Positions 25,862 through 38,545 of a stretch of DNA of 64,000 nucleotides are shown in pieces. A program made the position numbers and the translations under genes. The notes under the pieces were generated by a model. The model was not told the origin of the DNA. It made no database searches and saw only the letters and a program-made list of their open reading frames with translations. The DNA lies in the NCBI RefSeq assembly GCF_963921235.1, contig NC_086097.1, positions 101,434,001 through 101,498,000 of the forward strand, in the 5' to 3' direction. The DNA comes from Mobula hypostoma (lineage: Eukaryota). Every line of letters starts with the position of its first letter. Position 1 is the first letter of the stretch.

Positions 25862-28009
25862 AAACAACAGGAATTCTGCAGATGCTGGAAATTCAAGCAA
25901 CATACATCAAAGTTGCTGGTGAACGCAGCAGGCCAAGCAGCATCTATAGGAAGAGGCGCAGTCGACGTTTCAGGCCGAGACCCTTCGTCAGGACTAACTG
26001 AAGGAAGAGTGAGTAAGGGATTTGAAAGCTGGAGGGGGAGGGGGAGATGCAAAATGATAGGAGAAGACAGGAGGGGGAGGGATAGAGCCGAGAGCTGGAC
26101 AGGTGATAGGCAAAAGGGGATACGAGAGGATCATGGGACAGGAGGCCTAGGGAGAAAGACGGGGGGGGTGACCCAGAGGATGGGCAAGAGGTATATTCAG
26201 AGGGACAGAGGGAGAAAAAGGAGAGTGAGAGAAAGAATGTGTGCATAAAAATGAGTAACAGCTGGGGTACGAGGGGGAGGTGGGGCCTAGCGGAAGTTAG
26301 AGAAGTCAATGTTCATGCCATCAGGTTGGAGGCTACCCAGACGGAATATAAGGTGTTGTTCCTCCAACCTGAGTGTGGCTTCATCTTTACAGTAGAGGAG
26401 GCCGTGGATAGACATGTCAGAATGGGAATGGGATGTGGAATTAAAATGTGTGGCCACTGGGAGATCCTGCTTTCTCTGGCGGACAGAGCGTAGATGTTCA
26501 GCAAAGCGGTCTCCCAGTCTGCGTCGGGTCTCACCAATATATAAAAGGCCACATCGGGAGCACCGGACGCAGTATATCACCCCAGTCGACTCACAGGTGA
26601 AGTGATGCCTCACCTGGAAGGACTGTTTGGGGCCCTGAATGGTGGTAAGGGAGGAAGTGTAAGGGCATGTGTAGCACTTGTTCCGCTTACACGGATAAGT
26701 GCCAGGAGGGAGATCAGTGGGGAGGGATGGGGGGGACGAATGGACAAGGGAGTTGTGTAGGGAGCGATCCCTGCGGAATGCAGAGAGAGGGGGGAGGGAA
26801 AGATGTGCTTAGTGGTGGAATCCCGTTGGAGGTGGCGGAAGTTACGGAGAATAATATGTTGGACCCGGAGGCTGGTGGGGTGGTAGGTGAGGACCAGGGG
26901 AACCCTATTCCTAGTGGGGTGGTGGGAGGATGGAGTGAGAGCAGATGTACGTGAAATGGAGGAGATGCGTTTAAGAGCAGAGTTGATAGTGGAGGAAGGG
27001 AAGCCCCTTTCTTTAAAAAATGAAGACATCTCCCTCGTCCTAGAATGAAAAGCCTCATCCTGAGAGCAGATGCGGCAGAGACGGAGGAATTGCGAGAAGG
27101 GGATGGCGTTTTTGCAAGAGACAGGGTGAGAAGAGGAATAGTCCAGATAGCTGTGAGAGTCAGTAGGCTTATAGTAGACATCAGTGGATAAGCTGTCTCC
27201 AGAGACAGAGACAGAAAGATCTAGAAAGGGGAGGGAGGTGTCGGAAATAGACCAGGTAAACTTGAGGGCAGGGTGAAAGTTGGAGGCAAAGTTAATAAAG
27301 TCAACGAGTTCTGCATGCGTGCAGGAAGCAGCGCCAATGCAGTCGTCGATATAGCGAAGGAAAAGTGGGGGACAGATACCAGAATAGGCACGGAACATAG
27401 ATTGTTCCACAAACCCAACAAAAAGGCAGGCATAGCTAGGACCCATACGGGTGCCCATAGCTACACCTTTAGTTTGGAGGAAATGGGAGGAGCCAAAGGA
27501 GAAATTATTAAGAGTAAGGACTAATTCCGCTAGACGGAGCAGAGTGGTGGTAGAGGGGAACTGATTAGGTCTGGAATCCAAAAAGAAGCGTAGAGCTTTG
27601 AGACCTTCCTGAAGGGGGATGGAAGTATATAGGGACAGGACATCCATGGTGAAAATAAAGCGGTGGGGGCCAGGGAACTTAAAATCATCGAAAAGTTTAA
27701 GAGCGTGAGAAGTGTCACGAACATAGGTCGGAAGGGATTGAACAAGGGGTGATAAAACAGTGTCGAGGTATGCAGAAACGAGTTCGGTGGGGCAGGAGCA
27801 AGCTGAGACAATAGGTCGGCCAGGACAGGCAGGTTTGTGGATCTTGGGTAGGAGGTAGAAACGGGAAGTGCGGGGTGTGGGAACTATAAGGGTGGTAGCA
27901 GTGGATGGGAGATCCCCTGAGCGGATGAAGTCGTTGATAGTGTGGGAGACAATGGCCTGGTGCTCCTTGGTGGGGTCACGATCGAGGGGTAAATAAGAGG
28001 AGGTATCTG
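25862..28009 (-). mobile_element. Penelope-like element, 5'-truncated (RT + GIY-YIG endonuclease, frameshifted), nested in L1-A
   Basis: RT 26610-27647 (DVLSLYTSIP, GVAMGTRMGPSYA, RYIDD) and GIY-YIG 26287-26613 (VIYCVRCSRCGLLYIGET...RFAEH); L1 QTQD|NIRR resumes across it. Confidence 0.95.
25959..25996 (-). ncRNA. Minimal type I hammerhead ribozyme in the Penelope terminus
   Basis: UAGUC-CUGACGA-AGG gucucgg CCU-GAAA-C-GUC-GACUG: full core, helix I AGUC/GACU, helix II AGG/CCU, palindromic ACGU helix III. Confidence 0.85.
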
Positions 28010-28694
28010 GTCTTGTGTTTGGTATTGTTGTATAAAACCGGTCTGATCATTATGTATCAGTGTGGGTAGTAAATCTTCTAATCGTTTGGCCATGATGGAG
28101 GTAAATATTCTGTAATCCACATTAAGAACAGATATTGGTCTAAATCAGCGGTCCCCAACCACCGGGCCGCGAGGAAACGATGTGATTCGCGATATGAGTC
28201 AGCTGCACCTTTCCTCATGCCCTGTCACGCGCACTGTTGAGCTTGAACGCACGCGAGGTCATTACCCGCGCGTCAACCATGTCAGCGCGGGAAGGAGATC
28301 AACTCCTCGAGTTTGCAAATGACGACGGGCTGAAAATTATGTTTGACATAACATCTCTGCCGGCATTCTGGATTAAAGTCAAGGGCGAATATCCTGAGAT
28401 GGCCATGGAAGCACTGAAAACGTTGCTTCCATTTCCAATTTATCTCTGCGATGAATGTAACAAAAACTAAATTGCGGAATAGACTGGACATAAGGAACCC
28501 ATTCGAGTATCGCTGTCTCCCATCACCCCTCGATGGGACCGTCTTGTTGCAGGGAAACAAGCCCAGGGCTCCCACTGATTCAGCGATATTGGTGCGTTGC
28601 AATGATTTTATATGTTCATACGGGGAAAATATGCGCTGTGTGTTTAATATCCAAACGTTAATTAAATGTTATGATGCTATTGACTTACTTATAT

Positions 28695-28890
28695 AACCAT
28701 ATAACAATCACAGCACGGAAACAGGCCATCTCTGCCCTTCTAGTCCGTGCCGAACGCTACTCTCACCTAGTCCCACCGACCTGCACTCAGCCCATAACCC
28801 TCCATTCCTTTCCTGTCTATATTCCTATCCAATTTAACTTTAAATAATATCGAACTTGCTTCTGCCACTTCTACTGGGAGTTCTTTCAAC
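28695..28890 (-). mobile_element. CR1 3' tail fragment inside the hAT element
   Basis: acagcacggaaacaggcc...ctagtcccaccgacctgcac matches the CR1 tail at ~24403-24477. Confidence 0.7.
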
Positions 28891-29210
28891 ACGTATTTCA
28901 AGCCCCCCTGTCCTCCCCTGATAATTGACTTATCGCTATATTCATGGGAAGAAAAATATGCGCTGTGTGTTTAATATTAAATTCGTTAGATAAACCCTTT
29001 TAGAAACGAAATTGAGTGTATTAGCCACTTATCACCGATATTCCGGTCGTGATTAACAGCGCCCCCCTCCCGAACAGAATCGCCAAAAACAATTTGTAGC
29101 AAAAAACAGCACGTGCACGCATACGCAGGTCACGCATGCGCACTGGTGCCCGCGCAAGGCTTCATGGTCATTGTAGTCTTTTCGTGGTAAACACAACGTA
29201 TTCGACTGCT

Positions 29211-29349
29211 AACAACAGGAAATCTGTAGATGCTGGAAATTCAAGCAACATACATCAAAGTTGCTGACGAAGGGTCTCGGCCTGAAACGTCGACTGCACC
29301 TCTTCCTATAGATGCTGCTTGGCCTGCTGCGTTCACCAGCAACTTTGAG
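29211..29349. mobile_element. Fold-back mini Penelope terminus inside the hAT element
   Basis: Flanked by a 13-14 bp duplication gtattcgactgct(a) (29198 and 29350). The first part is the minus-strand terminus and the second is the plus-strand hammerhead region. Confidence 0.85.
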
Positions 29350-31377
29350 GTATTCGACTGCTACTGTACTCGTGTCTGTTGGCAACCACCCCCCCCCCCC
29401 GGTCCGCACTGCAAAAAAGGTTGGGGACCCCTGGTCTAAATGACCCACATTTCATCTTATCCTTGCCTTCTTTCGGTATAGCTGAGATTATCGCCTCCTT
29501 CCAGCTGGGTGGCATTTGCGCCTTTCTTAGGGCCCAGTTCAGTGTGGGGATAGAATAGGAATTAACTCACTTCTGAACTCTTTATACCACTCTGCTGTAT
29601 ATCCATCTGATCCTGGTGACTTGCTTAATTTAAGCCTGCTAATTGCAGTTTTTAGTCCAGCTTCAGTTATGTCAGCAGTCATCATTCTATTTTGTTCTTT
29701 ACTTAAAGTGGGTAACTCTAAAGAATTCAGGAAGGTGTCAATTTGGGTTATGTTTCTCCCTGGAGTTTTCGAATATAGAGTTTTGTAAAACATTTCAAAA
29801 GCTTCTTGAATTTCATTTAGCTTTTTTTTATCACTTTTGTTCTTGGATCCCTAATTCTATGAATTGTATTTTCTGCTATCTTTTTTTTTCAGTTTCTACA
29901 CCAGTATTTTCATAGATTTAGATCCACTCTCATAGTGTCTCTGTTTCAGAAACATTTTTTTCTAATTTCTTGTGTAGCCAAACTATTAATTTCATTCCTA
30001 ATTTTTTAAAATTTCCTCCAGTGAATCCTGTACCAAACTCAATTTGTGTTTTTTCTAGTTCCTTCAGCTTATTTTGTAATTTCCTCTAATGTTTTATTCC
30101 TTATTTTTTTCTTATATGAAGATATCGCTATAATTTTCCCTCTTAACCAGCCTTCGGAGTATCGCATAGAATGGGAGGTGAAACCTCTCCATTATCATTG
30201 AATTCTAAGTAAAGACCAATTTCTTTTTTAATTTGTTCTTTAAAATAGGGATCATTAAGTAGACTTGAATTTGGTTTCCGAATAGTATTCTTTGGTTGTA
30301 GGTCAAAGTCAACAGATAAATATATAGGTGCATGGTCACTTACATCTATTGTCCCAATTCCACAGGTGATTATTTTGACTCTATCTTTTCCAAATATTAT
30401 GAAATAGTCTATTCTTGTATATACAGATTGGGGGGCAGAATAATGAGTGTAATCCCTTCTGTCACGGAAAAGGTCCCTCGATATATCAGTTGGACCAACA
30501 TCCTCAAAAAGAGTGTTAACTTTCTTATGTAAGGACTTCGTTTCATATGTTTTTCTATTGGAAGAGTCTAACTTTGGTTGTAATTGTAAATTTAAGTCTC
30601 CCCCACATATCAAGAGACCTTCTGTTTTTGTTACCATAATATTAGTAACAGGGGTTCTGGAAGAAACTAATATCATTTCCTGGGGGTGCGTATATATTCA
30701 ATAAAGTAACTGGATTTCCATCTATATTCCCCCTTACCAGAATATATCTGCCCTCCTTATCTCCCATTTCGAATACTTTTTTCAAAAGTTAGCTTGCTTG
30801 AGATGAGAATAGCAACCCCTCTTCTATGTCCTGATTTATATGGGGAGAAAAATAAATTAGTGAAGCCCATTCTCTTCAATTTTCCATGCTCATTATCACT
30901 TGTGAGTTTCCTGTAAATATACTACATGGGCTTGTTCTTTTTTCATTTTTGATAGAATTTTACTGCGCTTGACTGGATTCAACAGCCCATTAACATTAAA
31001 AGAAATTAATTTTACTTTGTCCTTAGCCATGTGTATTTATTTGTTAGTATATAATTGAAATTTGCAGAATATAACAATCGATCTACTCCCCGAACAAATA
31101 AGAACCAAGAAACGCGAATAATAAAAGAAAAGGTAATGAAGGTGTGTTTCCAAGACTGGGGTCTCTAGATGACCCTGGGTTGAGCTAGGAGAAACATCTA
31201 GCCGTGGGGGATAGCCCCTCCTACCTGTGAGTTGAGGGCCCCTGCTGCAGTACCTATAAAATTAAGTAAAAAGATCTATGTCCATTACACAGAAATGATT
31301 TCCCTATGTATTTCTCCCATGTATATATTCTCATTTAGGTGGGGAAAAAGGAATGAGTGAATGAATTTTTAAAAATT

Positions 31378-34300
31378 GAGACTCCACCTTCTGCCTGTGG
31401 ACATGTAAGACACAGTGTCTTTCTGTCTGCCTTTAATTTCTTCCTTTCCCGACTTAAATTTTGAAATTTTAATTTTACTCAGTCGGATCCTTCAAAATGC
31501 TAATTATAACTATGGCTACCTTGAGAAGCTCAAAAAAAATCCCGATGCTGGTAATGGTAAATCTAAAAAAACTGACGAAGCTTCTGAAGAGTCAGCCTGG
31601 GTTAATAGATTAGAAAGTCAAATGAGCTCTATTGTCGCTGAATTAACTCAACTAAAAGAAAATCTTCTTCCTTTGGAGGGAAAAATTGATTCTTTGAGCT
31701 CAGATCTTAAAGTAACCCATAATGCGGCTGACAGTTCTTCTCGTTTGGAAAAAGCACAACATCGGATTGTTGATTTGGAATCTCATTCTCGTCATTATAA
31801 CATTTGGATTGAAAGAGAGATCAGAATCTGCTGACATACTGGACTATTTCGCTAAAATGTTTCAATCTCTATTTCCTGAGGCATTTTCACAATTGCCCGA
31901 TATCGAGGTAGCTCACAGAGTTGGAGTTCCGAAAGAAGGTAAAGATCGACATGTTATTGTGCGTTTCCTTCATATTCGAGACAAAGACCATGTTATTAAA
32001 CTGGCAAGAAAACAAAGACTCTTCAAATTTCAAGGCTCTGAGATTCGTTTCTTTCAAGATTTTCCACGCGAAGTTGATCGACAACATTCTGGATTTGAAC
32101 CGTAATGCGAATGGCTTTTCAAAAACAGATGTATCCCTTCCTTCTTTATCCAGCTAAATTAAGGCTTTTCGCTAAAGACTCTGGGGTTCGTATCTTTGAA
32201 GATCCAACTTTGTGTTTTATTAATTCTCTCTTGGATGAGTCCAAAGCCTGAAGTTTAAATGACTTCAATTATTTGATCGTTTCGTGATGTAAGGAATGAT
32301 GAGATCCAAAGAATTGAGAAGTACAGAAAGTCTTGGTATTAAAAATTGTTTTTGAGATAGACTGGTTTGGACAGTTTTAACTTTAGAAGATATTTTATGA
32401 GATCTATTAGAAGAGTGTAGAAATTTTAAACCATTTAGAATTTCTTTCTGTTTGCTATATATCTCATTTAATTGTTTCTTTTTGCTTTGTATGGTTTTGT
32501 TAAGAACTCTTAACTACAATTTGGATTTTTTTTTACGTTTTATAGTTAGATGTAAAAATTTAAAGATGGCAATGTTTTCTTTCCTGTGCAAATATTTCAA
32601 GAATTTGTTTTGGAAGTGCTTTTTTTCTTATCTAATGTTATGTAAGTTATTTTCCAAATCAAAGGCCATTTCTGTTAACTGTTTTTTCTAATTTAATTGT
32701 AATGGGTTCTATGTCGACTGTAATGAGTCGTATATCTGGGAGAGGGAGACAGATTACATTTTTTTATTTGTACCTTTTACCTAGGCAGGTGGAGTTCAGA
32801 ATTGCTTCTATGCATTTCTTGGGGCTTGCGTCGATTAATATCGACTCATTTCTGGGCTTTGTAGGTTGAGTGGGTTTTTTTCTTTTTTTTATTTCTATTT
32901 TTTATTCCCATTATGGAATTCCGGAGCGTATACAAATTATTATTATTGTATTTATTACCACCATTTAAAATTTCTTTATCCTGACATGTGTTTAACTGCT
33001 TTCTTTAGATATAAAGTTTCATGATGTTAGTTAAACAATTAAATGTTTTAAGTTATATCGTTATATCGTTTTAAGTTATGTCCGTGGTTGGAATCATCCT
33101 ATTAAGCGTAAGAAAACATTTAAAATTATTAATCGATTCCAACCTGATATAATTTTGTACAAGAGACACGTGTCAGGTTATGTGATAACAATTGATTTTT
33201 TAAATTTTGGAAGGACCCTCAGATTCATGCAAACTCTCAAAGTAAGATTAGGGGTGTTTCCATTTTTATTGATTCCAATATTCTCTTTAATCAGGAGGAT
33301 ATTATATCTGATATCAATGGTAGGTTTTTGATTATTAAAGGAACCATTTACAATAAAAAATGGTTTTGGTTAATATATATGGACCAAATACTGATGATCC
33401 TCCATTTTTTAAAAATATTTTTGCTCTATTACCTGATTTAAATGAATATATGCTATTAATGGGTGGAGATTTTAATATTTGCTTAAATCCCCTGTGAGAC
33501 AAATCACCATTTAGACATCAACTCCCTAATCATTCTGCATCACTTATTAATTCCTTTTTAATTGATTATGGCTTAAACGAAGTCTGGAGACATATGCATC
33601 CTACTGATAGAGAATATTCCTTTTTTTCACATGTTCGAGAATCGACTATTTTATAGCCGACCCTTGACTTTTACTTAATGTTCAGAAATGTGAATATGAT
33701 GCAATTGTTATTTCCAATCATGCTCCTTCAAATTTAGTATTTGATTTGAAAGATGCTGTTTCTACAAGATCACCTTGGCGTTTTCCAGAACATTTGTTAC
33801 AAAGTTCAGATTTTGTTGAGTTTATTGAAACTCAGATAAAAGAGTTTTTTCTCTTTAATAATACAGGAAACGTCTCAAAGTTAGTAATTTGGGATACGTT
33901 AAAAGCTTATTTACATGGTCAGATTATTTCTTATTTAGCTAAGTTGAAGAAACAGACAAAAATAGAATTAAATAAAATTGCTAAACAAATTAAAGAATTA
34001 GATAATCTCAACGCAGTCTTTCCAAACGTTGAATTGTTTAAAAGAAGAGTGGAACTACAATCACAACATAATTTATTACTAACTTATCCTATTGAAGGAT
34101 GTTTGCTTAAATTAAAAAGTCAGTTTTATATTTTTGGGGATAAAAATAATAGGCTATTAGCTTCCCAATTAAGGGCTGCTAAAGCTAAAAGACAAATTTT
34201 GAAGATTCGTAAAGATAATGGAGATATAGTAAGTAATTATGATGATATTAATAATATCTTTCAGGATTTTTATTCCCATCTCTATAAATCTCAGTTTCCA

Positions 34301-37300
34301 GCAGATCTCTCTAAAATGAAAGCTTTTTTTATATAAGATTAAATTTCCTCAAATCACTGCTGAAGATCAACAGACCCCTGATGCTCCAATTGTTGAGCAC
34401 GAAATTCAGAAAGCTATATGGTCAATGCAATCAGGTAAAGCTCCTGGACTCAACGGTTATTCCGTAGGATTTTATTAAAAAATTTGAAAAATTACTTTCT
34501 CCATACCTTTTGGAAATATTTCATGAATCGTTTGAGAAAGGTAATTTACCTTCTTTTTATGAAGCTTCTGTTTCTTTAATCCTTAAGAAAGATAAAGATC
34601 CTACTGAATGCTCATCTTATAGACTTATTTCGCTATTAAATGTGGATGCTAAAATTCTTTCCAAGATAGTGGCTAACCATTTTAAAAACATTTTATCTAA
34701 AATTATCATTATGGATTAAACAGGCTTTATTAGAGGCCGTTACTCATTTTCTAATGTTCGGAGATTGATGAACATTATATATTCACCATTATCCAAAACA
34801 CCTCAATGTGTTATTTCTCTGGATGCAGAAAAGGCATTTGACAGAGTTGAATGGACTTATTTGTGTAATGTATTAGAAAAATTTGGCTTTGGTAATAATT
34901 TTAATAAGTGGATTCAAATGATCTATAAGAACCCTATTGCTACTGTTATTACTAATAATCTTAGGTCTCTTTTTTTACTTTCACAAGGTACTCGACAAGG
35001 GTGTCCATTAAGTCCTTTATTATTTAATCTCACATTGGAGCCTTTGGCTATAACAATTCACAAAGCTAAAAATATTCATGCTATTTCTATAAATGGGACC
35101 ATACATAAGATTTCTCTTTATGCAGATGATCTTTTGGTTTATATCTCGAATCCTGAAGAATCTATTCCTAACCTTTTGGAATTATTGAATGATTTTGGAA
35201 AATTTTCAGGATATAAACTTAATCTAAATAAAAGTGAATTGTTCCCTTTAAATGTTCCTGTTCTTATATATAATTTGTTCTTTAAAATAGGGATCATTGA
35301 GTAGACTTAAATTTAGTTTCCGAATAGTATTCTTTGGTCGTAGGTCAAAATTAGCAGATAAATATATAGGTGCATGGTCACTTACATCTATTGTCCCAAT
35401 TCCACAGGTGATTATTTTGTCTCTATCTTTTCCAAATATTATGAAATTTAGAATTGTGAATTCTTTTAAATATATGGGTATTATCATTACAAAAAAATAT
35501 AAAGATCTTTATAAAGCTAATGTAGTTCCTCTATTGGATTCTATGAAACAATTATTTTCTAGATGGAATCCTCTTACACTTTCTTTAATAGGTCGTATTC
35601 ATGCCGTGAAAATGATGATTTTACCTAGATTTTTATACATTTTTCAAAATATACCCATCTTTCTAACCAAAAAAATTTTTGATCAAGTTGATTCTACTAT
35701 TTCGTCCTTTATTTGGAATAATAAAAAACCAAGAGTTAATAAGTTTCATTTACAAAAACCTAAAAAAGAAGGTGGACTCACACTACCTAATTTAAGATTA
35801 TATTATTGGGCTGTTAATATTCGACAATTATGTTTTTGGTTATATTGGCTCAATAAGAACTAAAAACCAGCTTGGATTGATTTAGAATTCAAAGCTATTA
35901 ATCAATTTTATTTAACTTCATTATTAGGAACTCTATTACCTTCACAACTTGCTAAAATCTCTAACTTAAATTTCTACCCTGTTATTAAACAGTCCTTACG
36001 GATTTGGTTTCAGTTTCGCAACTTTTTTAACTTCAAACAATTTAAATTGCCTTGTCCTAATTCCAAAATTTGCTATTTAAACCTCCAATTACTGATCCCA
36101 ATTTTCTTTTATGGAGAAATAAGGGAATTTGTTCTTTTGCAGATTTATTTAGTGATGGTCGATTGATGTCTTTTGAGGAGTTAATTAGTAAATATTCTCT
36201 CTCTCTCTCACACATTTCTTGCAATATTTACAGGTCAGACATTTTTTACAAAAATATGTTTCTACTTTTTCATATATGCAAGAATCTGATTTGTTGGACA
36301 CTATTTTGAATATGAATCCTTTAGTGGGAGGTTCCATTAGTAGAATTTATAATTTATTTTTACTACAAAAAGATAACCTCTCACTAAAGATTAAACAAGA
36401 CTGGGAGAGAGAACTTAATATGACTTTTGTTAATGAAGACTGGTTGTGCGTTTTGAAAATGGTTAATTCTTCTTTGATATGTGCCAATCATTGCTTAATT
36501 CAGTTTAAAGTTGTTCACCGCTATTATTTAACAAAGGAGAGGCTATCCAAAATATTTCCTAATATAGACAATTACTGTGATAGGTGCAAAAATGAAGTAG
36601 CTACTTTGTCACATCTGTTCTGGTCATGTCCCTTGTTGAAATCTTTTATGAAATCTTTATTTACTACAATTTCTAAAGCTTTGAAAATTAATTTACAACC
36701 TAATACATTGACTGTTCTATTTGGAATAGTTCCGCATCATATTTAGGGTATTTCATTTTCAAATCAAAGTGTAATTGTATTCATTACAATGTTGGCAAGA
36801 AGAGCTATTTTATTGAAGTGGAAAGATACCTCTGCTCCTACACTAACTCAATGGTTTTCCCAAGTAATGTTATGTCTTAGTTTGGAAAAAATTAGAAGTA
36901 GAGCTTTTGATCCCCGATTTGATTTTGAGAGAAGGTGGGGCTCTTTTGCTAAATATTATCATTTAATTTGAATTAATTTACATGGTTTCTTTCCAATTTT
37001 ATGTTATATAAATGTGATTTGGTGGTTGTTGTTTTCTTTTCCATATTTTATATATATATGATTGTAAGATGTATCGCTCCGGGAGTTGGTTCCTAATGGG
37101 TTTTTTTTCTCCTTTTTTTGTTTTATAGTTAGTGGGGGTTTTTTTTAGTTAGCTGGGGTTCTCTTTTTTCCTTCTTTTTCTTCATAAAAATTATTTTTTC
37201 ATTAGCATATATGTTTTTTTCTTCAGCTTTATTAATTATATATATACTAATTTGTTGAATCTCTGTATTTTATAACTGTAGAAGATTATATTAATAAAAA

Positions 37301-37302
37301 GA
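31378..37302 (+). mobile_element. Second full-length L1-clade LINE (L1-B), disrupted, inserted antisense in the L1-A inter-ORF spacer
   Basis: TSD TTTAAAAATT (31368-31377 and 37303-37312). ORF1 ~31512-32251. ORF2 ~33021-36971 (LDAEKAFDRVEW, GTRQGCPLSPLLF, LYADD, CDRC...HLFWSC). AATAAA at 37293. Confidence 0.92.
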
Positions 37303-38511
37303 TTTAAAAATTTCCACATTATAATACGTATTTATTGAGATAGGTATATCACCGTCTATTTTTGCTTCTGTTTAGTTTATCAGCACTTTTAATGTTAGCC
37401 AAACCTTATGGCTCTTCTGGAGGAGGTGCGGGCTCTCCTCGGAGAACTGACGGTCTCTTCCTAATATGCTTCTCTCATCCTGCTCCCGTCCCCTGTTTTC
37501 TCAGTTCTCTTACTATTTCCCAAGCAGATCGGGATAACTGCTCAGCCAGACTTTCCCTTGATTTGACCACACTAATGGGGAGTCCTCGGTTGTTCATGTC
37601 TGTAGTCGCCTCTTCCACCGTATGGTATAGTCATATCCCTTCTTGGTAAAATACCCTCAGTTTAGCAGGGTACAGGGTTTGGAATTTAATCTTTTCTTGC
37701 CTTAATGTTCGTTTTGCTTTGGAATATTCCTTCCATTTCTGTAGGACCACCAGGGGGTAATCATGATCAAAGTATATTAACTTCCCATTCTAAAAAACCG
37801 TCTTCTTACCCCAGGCCCTTCACAGAATCTCCGCATTGCTCTTGAATCAGAGAAATTTAAGTACTATTGAGCGCAGTTTACTTTCTCTGTCTCCGGGAGG
37901 TCGCGGGATGAGCAAATGATGCGTCCTCTCAATTTTAATCTCCGTAGTTGGGGGAATCTCCAGCGCTTCCTGCAGCAGTTTTTCTACAAGTCCATCATCA
38001 ATAATCCCTTCGCTCCTTCAGGAACATTATAAATCCTGATATTTTTCCGTCGCGATCTTCCCTCCTGGTCAAGCAATTTACTTTCCTGTTGCATTAGTAT
38101 TTCTATCATCTTACGTAGTACCTGTTCCATGTTTTGCACACGATCTTCCACCTTCTCAATTCGAGTCTCTGCCACCGCTATTTTCTGATTGACGTTGGCG
38201 AGCTCTGACTTTATATCATTGAGTTGCTGTTTTATATCTTTTTGGACTTCCCTTATCTCTTCCAAAACCCTTATCATATTTGCCGCTTCGCCTGCACAAG
38301 GCCCTGCATCAGCCTCGCCGCCACACGCACGTGTAGGAGAGCCGCGTGCTGAACCTCTCTCTTCCATAGGCTCTGCAGTGATGCTTTTTTTATCTCCATT
38401 GTTTTTCCCTATTCTTGCCCCCCTTATCAATTCAGATGTTTTCGAAAGATCTTATATTTGATGGATTAACAGGGCAAAATATGTGTTTTTCCAGAGGAGC
38501 TGTTGATTTAA

Positions 38512-38545
38512 GCTGCCATTCTGAACGATGACGTCACCGGAACCT
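38512..38545 (-). promoter_or_regulatory. Candidate internal promoter at the L1-A 5' end
   Basis: ETS-like CCGGAA (38537-38542), perfect CRE TGACGTCA (38529-38536) and YY1-like AATGGC lie within ~35 bp of the 5' TSD. Confidence 0.45.

Larger units (their letters stand above)
28146..29433 (+). mobile_element. Non-autonomous hAT (Charlie-like) DNA transposon nested in L1-A
   Basis: TIRs CAGCGGTCCCCAACC / GGTTGGGGACCCCTG, 8-bp TSD GTCTAAAT, and a transposase C-terminal remnant (FWIKVKGEYPE..ALKTLLPFP.YLC, TKTKLRNRLD). Confidence 0.93.
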
